A stretch of 64,000 nt of DNA. Origin: Antedon mediterranea (lineage: Eukaryota; Animalia; Echinodermata). Under the pieces are notes generated by a model. The model saw only the letters and a program-made list of their open reading frames with translations. It was not told the origin of the DNA and searched no databases. The translations under genes were made by a program, and so were the position numbers. Where the stretch lies: positions 36,134,388-36,198,387 of the forward strand of contig NC_092670.1 in the NCBI RefSeq assembly GCF_964355755.1, written 5' to 3'. Shown here one piece after another: positions 62,154 through 64,000 of this stretch; position 1 is the stretch's first letter; each line of letters opens with the position of its first letter.

Positions 62154-63887
62154 CTAAAAAAAGGATATTCAATTATTATTTAGTATTAAAATGCATTAAA
62201 TTTGTGTTTATATTTTCAATCTTTTTGGAGATGTGTGAGATCGAGGCTTTCTCTCTTCTTGTAAAAAAACAAAACAAAAAACGCTGTCAATATTATTTTA
62301 TTTTGCTGATATGAGATTTTAAATCTTAAAAAACGCTTGAGAGTTTTGATGGTTCGGATCACATTATGACGTTATATATTGTCTGTAGATATGAACCTGA
62401 TGACAGAGATATCATGTATATTAAAAGTATGTAATGCAGTAAGATGGGTATCTGGGAGACTTGCAACAGTCTTCCACATAGAATCTGGTGACAGCTACAG
62501 AATCGGTTGAAAATCCATTAAAATTTACGTCTAAAAATCAATTGGACAAACTAATCATATTATAATGTTGACTGTTGTATGGAGATAACCGTATACAGTA
62601 GAGTTTGTATATTATTGAGGAAGGATTGACCTTTATGACACTTGGCATCGAAAAGGGTAACTTTTCCTTCACAGATCCATAATAAAATGATGGACGCTTG
62701 TTTTAGTTTCCAAACAATCATTTTTACGAACATACTTAGTTTGGATGTTATTTCTTTCCTAGTGTGGAATGATGAAAAATATACCGTGCCTTGGTCTGCG
62801 ATAATGTGGAAAATAATTGGCAACAATTGACTGTTATGCATTCGGTGACGTGTATGTTTATATTATTCCTGTAATAGAATGTTCAAATTATGATAAACTA
62901 CTCTGACACCCAGTGGACATGCAATATTTTATAGAAAGTATTAAAAATAGAGTATAAAGTTTTATTTATCTTAGAATGGAGCCCATGGATAGCGACATGA
63001 GAACATTCTATTTTAGAAAAATAAACCACATTTTTAATATTACTCGTGATAGAAATGACGACAAATCGAAAGTTCATAAGTTTAATACAATGTTCCCTAT
63101 TGTGATGTGATCATTTATAATTGTTAGCACATTTTTGTCGCGACAGGATGAATCAAAATTTTTCTTCCCAAGCATTTTTGGAGAAGATGTTTTATATGTT
63201 TCTTTTCTAATTTTCCCGGTGGATGGTTTTATAAGATCATGATTAATGTAACATCGTAATGTCTGTCACTGTATCACCGTTCATCATTGTTTTTTTTACA
63301 TTGAAATGCTATTATCAGTAAAGGTACAACAAATTAATAATAAATAACAATAATTTAGAATGTTTTATATTTTTTCTTCTATGAAAATAACTCTTAAAAA
63401 AGGAAATGTTTATAATGGTACCAGAAAGACGATATAAAAATTGGCCAAAAATAGATCAACGTGTTAAAAATGCGTTGCCTGTCAAATTGATAAGAAGTCG
63501 ACTATTATATCCATACTGCTATTTTTGTAGACATTTTCGTTATTAATCCACGCATAATAATTGTTCAATTGAGTTTCTGAATTAATTTTTACATTTGATT
63601 TTCTTTTATTACGTGACCGTGAAGAAATGTCATAACACATAAAGATACGCGTTACTTTATTTTAGTAGTGTTATTATTTTTACAATGATGAGTAGACAAC
63701 AAAAGTGGAAAAATATAATTTGATTACTTCGGTTTTCGGTCGGTGTGGAATGTGCAAGTAACGCTGTAGAAATTAACGGTATTAGACCTACTTGTTTTAT
63801 TCTCTGTAGGTTTTATTTGCATGAAAAAGGAAATAATATATATTACAATTTTGAGGGACCTATAATTACTGTAGTAAAGAAAAATAT

Positions 63888-64000
63888 TATAAAATCGTAT
63901 CCGATGTGGTCATGTGAATTAGTGCAGGGGAAACATTTTATAAAATCGTATCCGATGTGGTCATGTGAATTAGTGCAGGAGACAATGGTATAAAATCGTA
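63888..64000. repeat. ~51-bp tandem repeat running off the window end
   Basis: tataaaatcgtatccgatgtggtcatgtgaattagtgcagg occurs twice and a third unit starts at ~63989. Confidence 0.85.

Noticed and set aside
62380-62880. Possible upstream exons of the FReD gene (ORFs 62560-62841 and 62642-62830)
   Set aside because: No phase-consistent exon with a signal peptide, coiled coil or collagen repeat could be joined to the acceptor at 62153.

Overview
AT-rich, intron-rich animal DNA, probably a marine invertebrate (echinoderm-like is a guess); most ORF-track entries are spurious or partial exons. Five spliced genes were assembled by hand from GT-AG sites. (1, 2) A head-to-head pair of paralogous secreted ZP-domain genes, one on - at <1-5172 and one on + at 24890-35119. 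They share intron positions and phases and carry an unusual N-terminal 'H[YF]RGG...DPD.D.VRCRW...WYA...EDF' region plus Ig-like modules. (3) A PhyH-family Fe(II)/2-oxoglutarate dioxygenase (+, 37337-40425). (4) A lysosomal GH35 beta-galactosidase, GLB1 (-, 41548-57180, 14 coding exons) with CLEAR-like promoter motifs. (5) The 3' part of a fibrinogen-related (FReD) gene (-, 60070->62153). Introns and intergenic DNA hold many MITEs, LINE 3' fragments, a tRNA-derived SINE and minisatellites. The most unusual structure is a ~1.1 kb (TA)n-punctuated composite at 7620-8720. On the minus strand, two minimal Penelope-type hammerhead ribozymes bracket two tandem copies of an element carrying an internal, nearly intact 72-nt tRNA cloverleaf with the atypical anticodon ATC. 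All coordinates were read by eye; no database searches or folding programs were run.
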